Of a stretch of 64,000 nt of DNA, positions 1-9,139 are shown one piece after another (position 1 is the stretch's first letter; each line of letters starts with the position of its first letter). The notes below the pieces were generated by a model, which saw only the letters and a program-made list of their open reading frames with translations, was not told where the DNA came from and did no database searches. Origin of the DNA: Polyangiaceae bacterium (GTDB lineage Bacteria; Myxococcota_A; Polyangia; Polyangiales; Polyangiaceae); NCBI GenBank assembly GCA_050287085.1, contig JBNKBE010000007.1:32001-96000 (forward strand), read 5' to 3'. The position numbers were made by a program, and so were the translations under genes.

Positions 1-2
1 GA

Positions 3-791
3 CACTTTGGTCTCGCTTCCGACGCGTATGTGCACTTCACCTCGCCGATACGGCGCTACCCCGACTTGCTCGTGCATCGGGCGGTGAAGCGCCTCATCCG
101 CGGACAGCGCGCCGAGCGATCTGCCGACGCTCTGGAGGCGCTAGCGGAGGCCGCCACCTTGGCCAGCGCCCGCGAGCGCGCCGCGATCAAGGTGGAACGC
201 GAAGTCGTCGATCTCTACCGCGCCCTCTACATGCGCGACCACATTGGTGAACACTTCGAAGCCACGGTCACCGCCTTCAGCGGTAGTGGCTTGTTCGCAG
301 CCGTGACCAACCCCTTTGTCGACATCATGGTCCGCTTCGAGGCCCTGGGGAAGGAACGCTTCGAGCTCGCCGACGATCAGCTGAGTTTGGTGGCCGAGCG
401 CAGCGGCGAACGCATCTCGCTGGGTGATACGCTTATCATTCGCGTGGAGGACGTGTCCGTCCTCAGACGGCAAGTGTACGGCACGCGCCTTGCGTATTCC
501 CTGGGCGCTCCCTCACCCTCAGACAGTCATGGCCGGCCAGCGCGGCCGATTGTCGCCAAGTCCGGAGGCCGCACCCAGCAAGGCACCCCCAAAGCCCGCG
601 ACCGCAAACCGTCAACGCGGCGTGGTGACGAGCCCTCTGAGCGCCGCGGCGCAAAGCCCGGAACGGCCAAGGTGGCTCGGCCCCAGAGTTCCTCCCGCAC
701 AGGCGCAAAGAAGAGCGGCAGGAAGAAGCCGAGCGCCGCCGCGGAGCAACCCGGAGCACGCAGGGCGACGACGCGGCGCAAGCGCAAGTAA
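3..791 (+). CDS. rnr: Ribonuclease R, C-terminal part (5' end truncated by the window edge)
   Basis: RNB motif HFGL...HFTSPIRRYPDLLVHR (frame open from base 3), then an S1 domain and a K/R-rich basic tail typical of RNase R. Confidence 0.93.
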   Translation, partial: HFGLASDAYVHFTSPIRRYPDLLVHRAVKRLIRGQRAERSADALEALAEAATLASARERAAIKVEREVVDLYRALYMRDHIGEHFEATVTAFSGSGLFAAVTNPFVDIMVRFEALGKERFELADDQLSLVAERSGERISLGDTLIIRVEDVSVLRRQVYGTRLAYSLGAPSPSDSHGRPARPIVAKSGGRTQQGTPKARDRKPSTRRGDEPSERRGAKPGTAKVARPQSSSRTGAKKSGRKKPSAAAEQPGARRATTRRKRK

Positions 792-828
792 GCGCCCTCC
801 GACGCGGCCCAGGCCGTCCGGCAAGAGC

Positions 829-2148
829 TCAGTGCGCAGGCACTATCAGGTCGGTCCCTACCCAAGGCCGCAGCACCTCGGGCACCACCAGACTGCCGTC
901 CGCCTGCTGATACTGCTCGAGCACAGCCACCAGGGCGCGCCCGACCGCAACCCCCGAACCATTGAGGGTGTGCACCAGCTCCGGTTTGCTCTTCGGCTCA
1001 GTCCGGAAGCGAATCTTGGCTCGGCGCGCCTGGAAGTCACCACACCAACTGCAGCTCGAGATCTCACGATACGCCCCCTGTCCCGGAAGCCAGACCTCGA
1101 GATCGTAGGTCTTGCGCGCCGAGAAGCCGAGGTCGCCACTGCACAACTCCACCACGCGGTAGTGCAAGCCAAGCCCTTGGAGCACCGCCTCGGCGTGGCT
1201 TGTCAGCAGCTCTAGCTCCGCCAGCCCTTGCTCGGGTTTGACAAGACGAACCAACTCGACCTTTTCGAATTGGTGTTGGCGAATGAGGCCCCGCACGTCC
1301 CGCCCGTACGAGCCCGCTTCACTGCGAAAGCACGGCGTTTGCGCCGTATACGCCAGTGGCAGTTGGGCTCCGTCGACGATCTCGCCTGCGTGCAGATTCG
1401 TCAGCGTCACCTCCGCGGTCGGGATCATGTACAACACATCTTCGCCGTCCTGCTCGCTGTCAGGGCCGCGCCGCGAAGTCCGGAAGACGTCTTGTTCAAA
1501 CTTCGGAAGCTGACCGGTGCCATATAGCGCGCTGGCTCGCACCAAATACGGTGTGTACACCTCGGTATAGCCATGGCGTTCCGTATGGCACTGCAGCATG
1601 TACTGCGCGAGCGCACGACCCAGCCGAGCCCCAAACCCCATCAGCACGGCAAAGCGCGATCCGGAAAGCTTCGCCGCCCGCTCGAAGTCAACGAGACCAA
1701 GGCCCTCCGCAACGTCAAAGTGCTCTCGCGCTTCAAACGACAACTCCGGCTTCGTGCCCACGACCCGCACCACCCGATTGTCTTTTTCGCTCGTACCGAT
1801 GGGAACGCTCTCGTGAGGGAGATTCGGCACCACCGCAAGCGCGGCTTCCAAATCCCCCTCGAGCGCCGAAAGCTCCGTCTCCAGGCGTTTCACTTCCGCG
1901 GAAAGTGCCTTCAGTCGCTCCCGATGCTCGGCGAAGGCTACCTTGTCTCCAGACTTGGCAAGCTCGGCCATCGCCTGATTGGCCTGATTGCGTTCAGCTT
2001 GCAGCCCCTCGGTCTTCTGCACCAGGGCTCGCCGGCGTTCGGCAAGCTCCGCGGCTGGCGCCAACTGCGCCGCCGCCTCAGGCGAGCGACGAGCTAACCC
2101 CGCGGCGACCTCATTGAAGTGCTCAGCGACATAGCGTGGATCGAACAT
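829..2148 (-). CDS. serS: Serine--tRNA ligase
   Basis: N-terminal coiled coil, then PTAEV, FRSEAGSYGRD..GLIRQHQFEKVE, EISSCS and HTLNGSG motifs. Start set at ATG 2148 (MFDPRYV). Confidence 0.97.
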   Translation of the reverse strand: MFDPRYVAEHFNEVAAGLARRSPEAAAQLAPAAELAERRRALVQKTEGLQAERNQANQAMAELAKSGDKVAFAEHRERLKALSAEVKRLETELSALEGDLEAALAVVPNLPHESVPIGTSEKDNRVVRVVGTKPELSFEAREHFDVAEGLGLVDFERAAKLSGSRFAVLMGFGARLGRALAQYMLQCHTERHGYTEVYTPYLVRASALYGTGQLPKFEQDVFRTSRRGPDSEQDGEDVLYMIPTAEVTLTNLHAGEIVDGAQLPLAYTAQTPCFRSEAGSYGRDVRGLIRQHQFEKVELVRLVKPEQGLAELELLTSHAEAVLQGLGLHYRVVELCSGDLGFSARKTYDLEVWLPGQGAYREISSCSWCGDFQARRAKIRFRTEPKSKPELVHTLNGSGVAVGRALVAVLEQYQQADGSLVVPEVLRPWVGTDLIVPAH

Positions 2149-2243
2149 GGGCGCCTGTGTAGCGGCATTCGCCGCGGCAGTCGAGCCCGCGAGCCACGGG
2201 CTCACTCAGTGCGCGTCGTGGCTCGCGTCAGGGAGCTCGCCCG

Positions 2244-2882
2244 TCACCACATCCAGTAGTTCGGATACCAGTAGTTCGGGTGATAGGGCAGCCGCGGAAC
2301 CGGGGCAGGCGCCGCGTTTGGTGGCGCTGCCGCCTCTACGGCATCGAGCGCGAAGAGCTGAGTAACCAACGTGCACAAGCGTTGCGCTTCGCCCGAGCAC
2401 CCCACCCACGTGCCAGCTTCTACGATCTGGTCTTCGCCAAAGAGGAAGACGCTGCCGTCGCCTTCCACGCGCAGCCAAGCCACGCCCGACCAGGGCGGCG
2501 CAGCGTTGTGGGTGCCAAGACGACCGAGCGACTCCGCGCCCGGCCCCACCAGGTAGCCGTCTGCCTTGAGCAAGGCGAAGGGCGCGCCGTCCCGATCGCG
2601 AACGCGGCCCGCGCGATCCACGCTGTAGACAAGCTCACCCGCGACGCTGATTTGCCCCAGACGATTGATGGCAACATCACGCCCCATACCGCCGTGCCAG
2701 AACGCGTCGGCCAGGGCTAGCGTCGCGCCGCCCTCGGGCCATTCAGGCGCCGGCATGCCGACACACCCGCTCAGGCCCGCCAGCGCGAACCCACTCGTGA
2801 CCCAATTCCAGAAGGCACCCCGCAAGGACCCCCGGCCGGGCCTACGCCCGAACCGCGATCGCCGCCAGACCGAAGCGCTCAT
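2244..2882 (-). CDS. Hypothetical lipoprotein
   Basis: Arg-rich N-terminus, hydrophobic stretch and lipobox LSGC, then a beta-rich body and a Tyr/Trp/Pro tail. Confidence 0.65.
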   Translation of the reverse strand: MSASVWRRSRFGRRPGRGSLRGAFWNWVTSGFALAGLSGCVGMPAPEWPEGGATLALADAFWHGGMGRDVAINRLGQISVAGELVYSVDRAGRVRDRDGAPFALLKADGYLVGPGAESLGRLGTHNAAPPWSGVAWLRVEGDGSVFLFGEDQIVEAGTWVGCSGEAQRLCTLVTQLFALDAVEAAAPPNAAPAPVPRLPYHPNYWYPNYWMW

Positions 2883-2939
2883 GACGCGAGGGTATCCCTT
2901 TTTTTGCCCGCACGCCAGCGTAGCCCCTACCACGTCAAG

Positions 2940-3908
2940 ATGACATTCTGGCGACCCGGCTGCGCAGAATTCCCAAACGACAACCCCGCCCTGCACGCAG
3001 GCGTCCGCTGGCTGCCCACCTGGACCCGTGGCTTCCCGCAAGCGCAGGGGGCCGCGGAAAGCGGTGGGGAGCAAGCGCCAGCGCCCGCGGCTCTCAGCGG
3101 GAACCTAGCCGCACCTGCGGGCCTGGCTGCCCCGAGCCCATCCGCTGAACGAGACGAGCCGCGCGCGCTGGCCCCTCACGCCGCGGTGGAGCCCCTGGGG
3201 GTCGCGTTGGAGCCGGACGTTCCCGAGGTGCAGGAGTCCGCCCCGGACGAATACGAGACTGGCCCCGGGTCTGAATCCGCAGCGGAGGTCGACCCCTTCA
3301 TCCTGGAGCTTCAGGCCTTGGTGGCGCCGGTTCTGAAGACTGAGACCGGAACATCCTCCACCCCCTGCGATGCTCTGAAGCAGCCCCTACTAACGGAAGC
3401 TGCAAGTGCCCTGCGCAGCTCCACGCCCTTTCGCGTCCCACACCCGAGCCAAGTGATGTCCCCGCTTACGCACCTCACCGCGTCAGCGACTCTCGAGCTG
3501 GACCTAACACCCCCGCCGCCAGGTTGCGAAGGTTGGCAGCAACTGTTGGCGAAGCTCTCCGACTACCTGCTCGCGCGCGGTGCCACACGCGCGGCGGCTG
3601 CCGTTGGACCGCTCCTTTCGGGCGAACGCGTGGACTTGACGCGCCTCGGACCCCGGGTCACGAGCGCCCTCGTCGCCAGCGGCATTGTCGACCGCCATGG
3701 CCGCACCCTCAGACCGAGTGTCCGCTTCCAGGCCGCCGCCACCGAACTCCGGGAGAGCTTCTCCGCCGGGGGCGGCAACCCGCGCGGCGCTAAGGACCTG
3801 TGCGTAACCCTCGTCACCGGGCTACTCGCGAGCGCCGCGGGCCCCGAAACGATCAGCGCGCAGCTGCGTCAAGCTGGTCTCGACGCCCTGCTCGACCGCG
3901 CCGCCTAG
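2940..3908 (+). CDS. Hypothetical protein (Pro/Ala-rich N-terminus, helical C-terminus)
   Basis: Long ORF filling the gap. Start taken at ATG 2940. No family recognised. Confidence 0.6.
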   Translation: MTFWRPGCAEFPNDNPALHAGVRWLPTWTRGFPQAQGAAESGGEQAPAPAALSGNLAAPAGLAAPSPSAERDEPRALAPHAAVEPLGVALEPDVPEVQESAPDEYETGPGSESAAEVDPFILELQALVAPVLKTETGTSSTPCDALKQPLLTEAASALRSSTPFRVPHPSQVMSPLTHLTASATLELDLTPPPPGCEGWQQLLAKLSDYLLARGATRAAAAVGPLLSGERVDLTRLGPRVTSALVASGIVDRHGRTLRPSVRFQAAATELRESFSAGGGNPRGAKDLCVTLVTGLLASAAGPETISAQLRQAGLDALLDRAA

Positions 3909-4001
3909 GTCCTCCCCGCGCCCGGACGACTAGCCCGGGCGAAAGGGATCCGGGGCGCCGCGCTTTCACAGCCGGGTGAGGCCCGTGTACAGTTTGCAGT
4001 C

Positions 4002-5684
4002 ATGTCAACACACGCCTCCCTGCGCCGGCGAGCAGCCGCGGTCCTCCTGGGTCTGTTGATGTTGTGTGCGGCCATGCCCTGCGGGGCGGCGCCTCAAGCC
4101 GACGACGCCAACCCCTCCGCGATGACGGAAGCCCTGGACCGCGGCCTGGAGCGCTTCAACGGCTGGGTAGCCGGCGCGCTATTCTTCAGCGTCACGGGTG
4201 ACCTCATCACGGCTCCCCAAGTCGACGATCACATGCAGCCGGTGTTGGACACCCATGGCAAGCCGAAACGCGTTCCGGTCGGCTTCCCATTCATTGTCTT
4301 CACCCTGGTCAGTGGCGGCCTGCTGCTGACCTTCTACTACGGCTTCGTCAACGTGCGCGGCCTGCGCCACGCTCTCGATGTCCTCCGCGGCCACTACGAC
4401 GATCCCAACGACGACGGCGACGTCACGCACTTCCAGGCCCTGACGGCAGCGCTCTCCGCAACGGTTGGGCTCGGCAATATCGCGGGCGTGGCGATCGCAA
4501 TTCAAGTCGGTGGCCCAGGCGCGATGTTCTGGATGTTCGTCGCCGCCTTCCTCGGCATGAGCTTGAAGCTAACAAGCTGCACTCTCTCGCAGATCTATCG
4601 ACGCCAGAACCCCGACGGGACGATCTCGGGTGGCCCGATGTACTACCTCGAGGCCGGCCTCAGCCACCTCGCCCCCGGCAGCCCGATCGCGAGGCTCGGC
4701 AAGGTGCTCGCAGTCGTCTACGCCCTGATGATCATCGGTGGCTCCTTTGGGGGCGGCAATATGTTTCAGGCCAACCAATCCTTTGGCGCTCTCCAGGCTG
4801 CCTTCGGCCTAAGCGACGCGATGGGACATCCCGTCGGCATCTTGCTTGCGACCATGGTCGCGATCGTCATCTTAGGAGGTATTCGGCGCATCGCTTCCGC
4901 AACGTCGCGCATCGTGCCTCTGATGGTCCTCACCTACGGCGCCGCGTCCCTCTACGTGGTGCTCGCCAACCTGTCCAACGTGCCGACTGCGCTGGAGAAC
5001 GTCTTCACGATGGCCTTCACCGACAACGCTGTTTACGGCGGCATGCTCGGCGTGGTCGTCAAGGGGTTTCAACGGGCTAGTTTCTCCAACGAGGCAGGCG
5101 TCGGCAGCGCCGCGATCGCTCACGCAGCGGCACGCACCGACGAACCCGTCCGCGAGGGACTCGTAGCCATGTTGGAGCCGGTGATCGACACGATGATCGT
5201 GTGCTCCATGACCGCGATGGTGGTCATTGCGACCGGCGTCTGGAACGATCCGGTCCTCGCTCAGGCGAGTGGCGACTTGCGTGGCGTGGAACTGACCGCC
5301 GCTGCGTTTGCGACCGCCCTGCCGTGGTTTCCCGCGGTGCTCACCGGCTGCGTGTTGCTATTTGCCTATTCCACCATGATCAGCTGGGCCTACTACGGCG
5401 AACGAGGCTGGATCTATCTCGTCGACCACCTCGGGTCCGGCTGGGGTCATCGCTCGCTGGTATTGTATCGGCTCGCCTTCGTTCTCTTCGTTTATGTTGG
5501 AACCGTGACAAAAGCGGAAAACGTTCTCACCTTCAGCGATCTGATGATCTTGTGCATGGCTCTGCCGAACATCCTCGGGGGACTCATTTTGGCCCCCTCG
5601 GTCAAACGCCACATCGACGACTACCTCAACCGGCACCGCGCCGGCACCATGGCCACCGCATCCGCATCCTCGGGCGGGGACTAG
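4002..5684 (+). CDS. Alanine/glycine:cation symporter (AGCS family)
   Basis: ATVGLGNIAGVA, GGPGAMFWM, GGPMYY, FSNEAGVGSA and IDT..VCSMTA motifs, many TM segments, N-terminal signal-like extension. Confidence 0.95.
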   Translation: MSTHASLRRRAAAVLLGLLMLCAAMPCGAAPQADDANPSAMTEALDRGLERFNGWVAGALFFSVTGDLITAPQVDDHMQPVLDTHGKPKRVPVGFPFIVFTLVSGGLLLTFYYGFVNVRGLRHALDVLRGHYDDPNDDGDVTHFQALTAALSATVGLGNIAGVAIAIQVGGPGAMFWMFVAAFLGMSLKLTSCTLSQIYRRQNPDGTISGGPMYYLEAGLSHLAPGSPIARLGKVLAVVYALMIIGGSFGGGNMFQANQSFGALQAAFGLSDAMGHPVGILLATMVAIVILGGIRRIASATSRIVPLMVLTYGAASLYVVLANLSNVPTALENVFTMAFTDNAVYGGMLGVVVKGFQRASFSNEAGVGSAAIAHAAARTDEPVREGLVAMLEPVIDTMIVCSMTAMVVIATGVWNDPVLAQASGDLRGVELTAAAFATALPWFPAVLTGCVLLFAYSTMISWAYYGERGWIYLVDHLGSGWGHRSLVLYRLAFVLFVYVGTVTKAENVLTFSDLMILCMALPNILGGLILAPSVKRHIDDYLNRHRAGTMATASASSGGD

Positions 5685-5902
5685 ACCGGTCCAAGATCCC
5701 GACCTGGCTGTTCAACAACTGGCGCTCGCGCGCGATTGCCTGCTACGGTAGCCGGTCCACCCTGCCCGTCGGGCAAGTAGGTAGTCGTGCTGCGCAAGGA
5801 ACACGAAACAATACGAGACGACCGACTCGGGCGCCCGGGCCCCGCTGACTCCGCAAAGACGCGCCGGGATTCGCTTTCGAGATCGTCGTTCGAGAGGGAC
5901 GC

Positions 5903-6754
5903 ATGATAGTCGTGATGCATGAGAACGCCCCCGAGGGGGCCATTGAAAACGCCATCTCCTGGCTGGTCGCCGCGGGCTACGACGTGCACCGCTCGAGCGG
6001 CGTAACCCGCACCACGCTCGGCGTGGTGGGCCCAACCAGTTCGGACGACATGAACGTCATCCGCGAGTTCGACGGCGTCGCCAAGGTTGTACGTGTTAAC
6101 GAACCCTTTCACCTCGCCTCGACGCACTTTCGCAGTACCCCCACCGTCCTCAACGGCGCCTGGGGAACCATTGGCGGCAAGATTCCATGGATTGCCATTG
6201 AGCCAGTAGGCATGGCGCCCGGCGCTGCCCTCGCCCAGCGGCTCTCCGCAGGTAAGCCCTTTGACGCCGCCGTGGTGCGTGACCGCGTTGCACCTGCCGC
6301 ATTGGGACCCCTGACGTGCCTATCACTGCACAGCTCTCCGCAGGAGCAGAAGTTCCCGCTCCTATTCGTTACCCGCCCTCCCTCCGCCGGAGCAGACCAG
6401 TGGATCTCCGCTGCGGAGAAGGAGTTGCAGCGTAGTGAAAACTCCGTTGTTCTGGTGGAGGCCGGCGGCCAATACCCAAGTGGCGCTCGCACCCTGGAGG
6501 TCGCCGCCATCGCTCGAGCCAAGTTGCGAACGCATCTGCCCATCGTGGTGGACGTTCCCACCATTGCCCAACAGGCCCGCTACTCCGCACCCGTTGCCTC
6601 GGCCGCGATCGGCGCAGGAGCCGACGGAGTGATTCTGCGAGTCTGGGTGGGTTCCAGCGACGAACCAACCCGCGTGCCGGCCACCCTCACCTGGCAAGCT
6701 GCAGCGGAGCTCGCCCAACGCCTGCGCGCCATGGCGCGCGCACTCCGAGGTTAA
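5903..6754 (+). CDS. DAHP synthase type I-beta homologue with N-terminal ACT-like domain, catalytic residues degenerate
   Basis: N-terminus MIVVM...VHRSSGVTRTTLGVVG...PFHLAS and C-terminus THLPIVVD/AGADG resemble AroF I-beta. GPCS, KPRT, ERG and DPSH motifs are missing. Confidence 0.8.
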   Translation: MIVVMHENAPEGAIENAISWLVAAGYDVHRSSGVTRTTLGVVGPTSSDDMNVIREFDGVAKVVRVNEPFHLASTHFRSTPTVLNGAWGTIGGKIPWIAIEPVGMAPGAALAQRLSAGKPFDAAVVRDRVAPAALGPLTCLSLHSSPQEQKFPLLFVTRPPSAGADQWISAAEKELQRSENSVVLVEAGGQYPSGARTLEVAAIARAKLRTHLPIVVDVPTIAQQARYSAPVASAAIGAGADGVILRVWVGSSDEPTRVPATLTWQAAAELAQRLRAMARALRG

Positions 6755-6759
6755 CGTCG

Positions 6760-7605
6760 GTGCCGGTGGACGGGGCTTTTGCGTCGGTCGCCGTGATCGG
6801 CTTTGGCTTGATCGGGGGTTCCATCGCCGCGGCCGTGCGCAGGGCCGCGCCGAACACACGCATCCTCGCCCTCGACCGCCCGGCGACCCTCGCCCAACCC
6901 TGCGTCCAGTCCTTGGCCGACGCGTTCGTGAACGCCGAGGACGAAGCGGCCACCGCGGCGGCCCTCGCTGCGGCCGACCTGACGTTGGTAGCCACGCCGG
7001 TCGATATCATCCAGCGGCACCTTCCCCGCTGGCTGGACCACGCACAACGTCTCACAGACTGCGGCTCGACCAAAGGAACCATCTGCTCTGCGGTCGCAAC
7101 CCACCCCAGGCGAGCGCTCTTCGTGCCTGGTCATCCCATGGCCGGCTCTACGCAACACGGAGCGCAGCACGCTCGCGCCGACCTTTTCGACGCCCGCCCC
7201 TGGCTCATCTGCCCCACCAGCGCTACGGGCCAAGAGCCCAAGCAGCGTGTCATCGACTTCGTCGCACGCTTGGGCGCGCAACCCGTTGAGCTGACCCCGG
7301 ATGCTCACGACGAGGCCGTAGCGATCACCAGTCACGTACCCCAGCTGATCGCCAGTCACCTGCTCCTCCAGTGCTATCAGCACGCGGCCGAACCCACCGC
7401 AGGCCCTGGCTTCCATAGCAGCACCCGTGTGGCCGGCGGTAGCTCCGCCATGTGGGAACCCATCTTCCGAGCCAACGGCCCCGCCGTCGCGCGCGCCGCA
7501 AGAGAGCTCGCCGCGGCCCTCACAGCCTCCGCTGACGCCCTCGACCGGGGCGACGTTGAAGCAGTGACGGCCGTCCTGGAGGCTGCGCGGCACAAGCGCC
7601 GCTAG
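6760..7605 (+). CDS. tyrA: Prephenate/arogenate dehydrogenase
   Basis: IGFGLIGGS Rossmann motif, TDCGSTK, GHPMAG, HDEAVA..SHVPQ, TRVAG..MW. Confidence 0.93.
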   Translation: MPVDGAFASVAVIGFGLIGGSIAAAVRRAAPNTRILALDRPATLAQPCVQSLADAFVNAEDEAATAAALAAADLTLVATPVDIIQRHLPRWLDHAQRLTDCGSTKGTICSAVATHPRRALFVPGHPMAGSTQHGAQHARADLFDARPWLICPTSATGQEPKQRVIDFVARLGAQPVELTPDAHDEAVAITSHVPQLIASHLLLQCYQHAAEPTAGPGFHSSTRVAGGSSAMWEPIFRANGPAVARAARELAAALTASADALDRGDVEAVTAVLEAARHKRR

Positions 7606-7680
7606 ACCAGAGTCGTTCGACGGCGAGAAGACGCCGTCTCTAGCGTCCTGGAGGCTGCGCGGCACAAGCGCCGCTAGACC
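7572..7680 (+). repeat. Perfect 37-bp direct repeat (7572-7608, 7644-7680) duplicating the 3' end of tyrA, with a 35-bp spacer containing a hairpin
   Basis: CGTCCTGGAGGCTGCGCGGCACAAGCGCCGCTAGACC occurs twice. The spacer contains GACGGCG-agaaga-CGCCGTC. Confidence 0.92.
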
Positions 7681-7831
7681 CCCGGGGCGGCTCTTGGTGA
7701 TAGACTCCGACACTCCGATCGGCTTGCATGCCAGAGTGTGCCAGACGCGCTGGCTCAGCCTGGTGAGACAGCACCTTCCCGGCCACTTCGCGTCGCCGCC
7801 GACTTGGCGCGACTTGTGCTACACTGGCGGT

Positions 7832-8200
7832 GTGCGCTGTCTGGTCTTGCTCCTGCTGCCCGGTGTCCTCGCCACCGCCTGCCTGAATCCCTTTGGCGAA
7901 GATCCAAGCGCCGCAAACGAGCTATCCGCCGGGCCAGCGGAACCCGACATCGCAGTGCCGACCGTGAGCGACGACAACAGCTCACCTCGAGGCGACATGG
8001 ACTATGGCGCCGACGGCGGGGCGCCCCCTGAAGGGCCCCGAACGTCCCCGTCGACATCTGCCGACGCAGACGGCCCTGCCGACGCAGACACGCCCACCGA
8101 CGCGGGCGGCAACCCACCCGACGCTGGAGTGGCTGACGCTAAGCCAGCGGACCGTTCCGAGCCAGCCACGGACGAGACCACCACCCGGGGACCTGAGTGA
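7832..8200 (+). CDS. Small acidic/Pro-rich disordered lipoprotein
   Basis: GTG start, hydrophobic signal, LATAC lipobox, LNPFGEDP motif, PDAG-type low-complexity tail. Confidence 0.65.
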   Translation: MRCLVLLLLPGVLATACLNPFGEDPSAANELSAGPAEPDIAVPTVSDDNSSPRGDMDYGADGGAPPEGPRTSPSTSADADGPADADTPTDAGGNPPDAGVADAKPADRSEPATDETTTRGPE

Positions 8201-8655
8201 TGGCTTGGCGCAAGACCACGTGGGCGCTCGCCTTGCTGACGTTGTTGCTGCTCGCTGCCTGCAACACCCTCGACGTCCTGAATCCCAAGGGCGAGGATCC
8301 CGGCATCAGCGGCGACGCCGATCCGATCAACGCCGCTTCCGGTGGTCGTCCCAGCGCACCGAACGCCAGCGGGGCACCCCCGATCGGCGAAGGGCCGGGC
8401 GCGGCAGGCGGTACAAGCTCGGACGGTTCTAACCCAGGCGGCGCGGGCGGTGGGGCAGCGCCGCCTGCTGCCGGCGGCGCGGCCGACAATGGTAACGATC
8501 TTGGTGCTGGCGGCGCAGGCGGGACGGCCGCCGCGGCCGGTGGCGCCGCCGCCCCCGGCGACTCGACGGAGACCGCCGACGACATGGCAGACCCCACAGC
8601 ACTGGACGCCAGCACACCAGACGCGGGGCTGGATGCAGGGGCCGCAGAGCTCTAG
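8197..8655 (+). CDS. Small Gly/Ala-rich disordered lipoprotein
   Basis: MAWRKTTWALALLTLLLLAAC signal/lipobox and LNPKGEDP motif. Overlaps the stop of the previous gene. Confidence 0.75.
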   Translation: MMAWRKTTWALALLTLLLLAACNTLDVLNPKGEDPGISGDADPINAASGGRPSAPNASGAPPIGEGPGAAGGTSSDGSNPGGAGGGAAPPAAGGAADNGNDLGAGGAGGTAAAAGGAAAPGDSTETADDMADPTALDASTPDAGLDAGAAEL

Positions 8656-8725
8656 TGGAGCTCCGGGCCGACCTAACCATCCAGGTTGGCCCGTGCTCGA
8701 CAGCCCCGCTTCAGCCAGCCCTGCT

Positions 8726-9139
8726 TCAGCCAGTCGCGCGGAGCTGACGCGCCAACTCTCGGGCCACGTTCAGGACGAGCAGGGAGTAGGCCCGTGCGTC
8801 CGCGCGGTAAAGACGATCCAGATCCGTCGCCCCGATCGCCAGCACCGTGCTGACCTCTAGAGCCCGGGCAGACCATTGCCGTGGCTGGAAGTCGATCAGA
8901 CCCACCAGGCCAAATGCCTCGTTCATCGCCACCGTCCGCCGCCGTCGCCCGCGCTCATCACAGATCTCGACGGCGCCACCCAGCAAGACAAAGCAGGTAT
9001 CGGCGTGTTCCCCCGCGCGAAAGACCCAGTTGCCTGTAGCGATCCGCCGCTGCGCGGTACTGGCCAGCAACACATGCAGCGCGTCCGATCGCAACCCGGC
9101 AAAGAGGGGCACGTCTGCGGCGCGGGCGTGGTCAGTCAC
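8726..9139 (-). CDS. Stand-alone cyclic nucleotide-binding domain protein
   Basis: VPLFAGL, VFRAGEHADTCFVLLGGAVEI, EAFGLVGL..PRQWSARA. No HTH domain. Confidence 0.85.
   Translation of the reverse strand: MTDHARAADVPLFAGLRSDALHVLLASTAQRRIATGNWVFRAGEHADTCFVLLGGAVEICDERGRRRRTVAMNEAFGLVGLIDFQPRQWSARALEVSTVLAIGATDLDRLYRADARAYSLLVLNVARELARQLRATG

Noticed and set aside
5760..5880. c-di-GMP-I riboswitch (GGGCAA, GCAAAG, GGTAG fragments)
   Set aside because: The fragments are in the wrong order and lack the GAAA tetraloop/receptor arrangement
7572..7680. CRISPR mini-array (37-bp repeat, 35-bp spacer)
   Set aside because: Only two copies, the first is the coding end of tyrA, the hairpin is in the spacer rather than the repeat, and there are no cas genes or AT-rich leader
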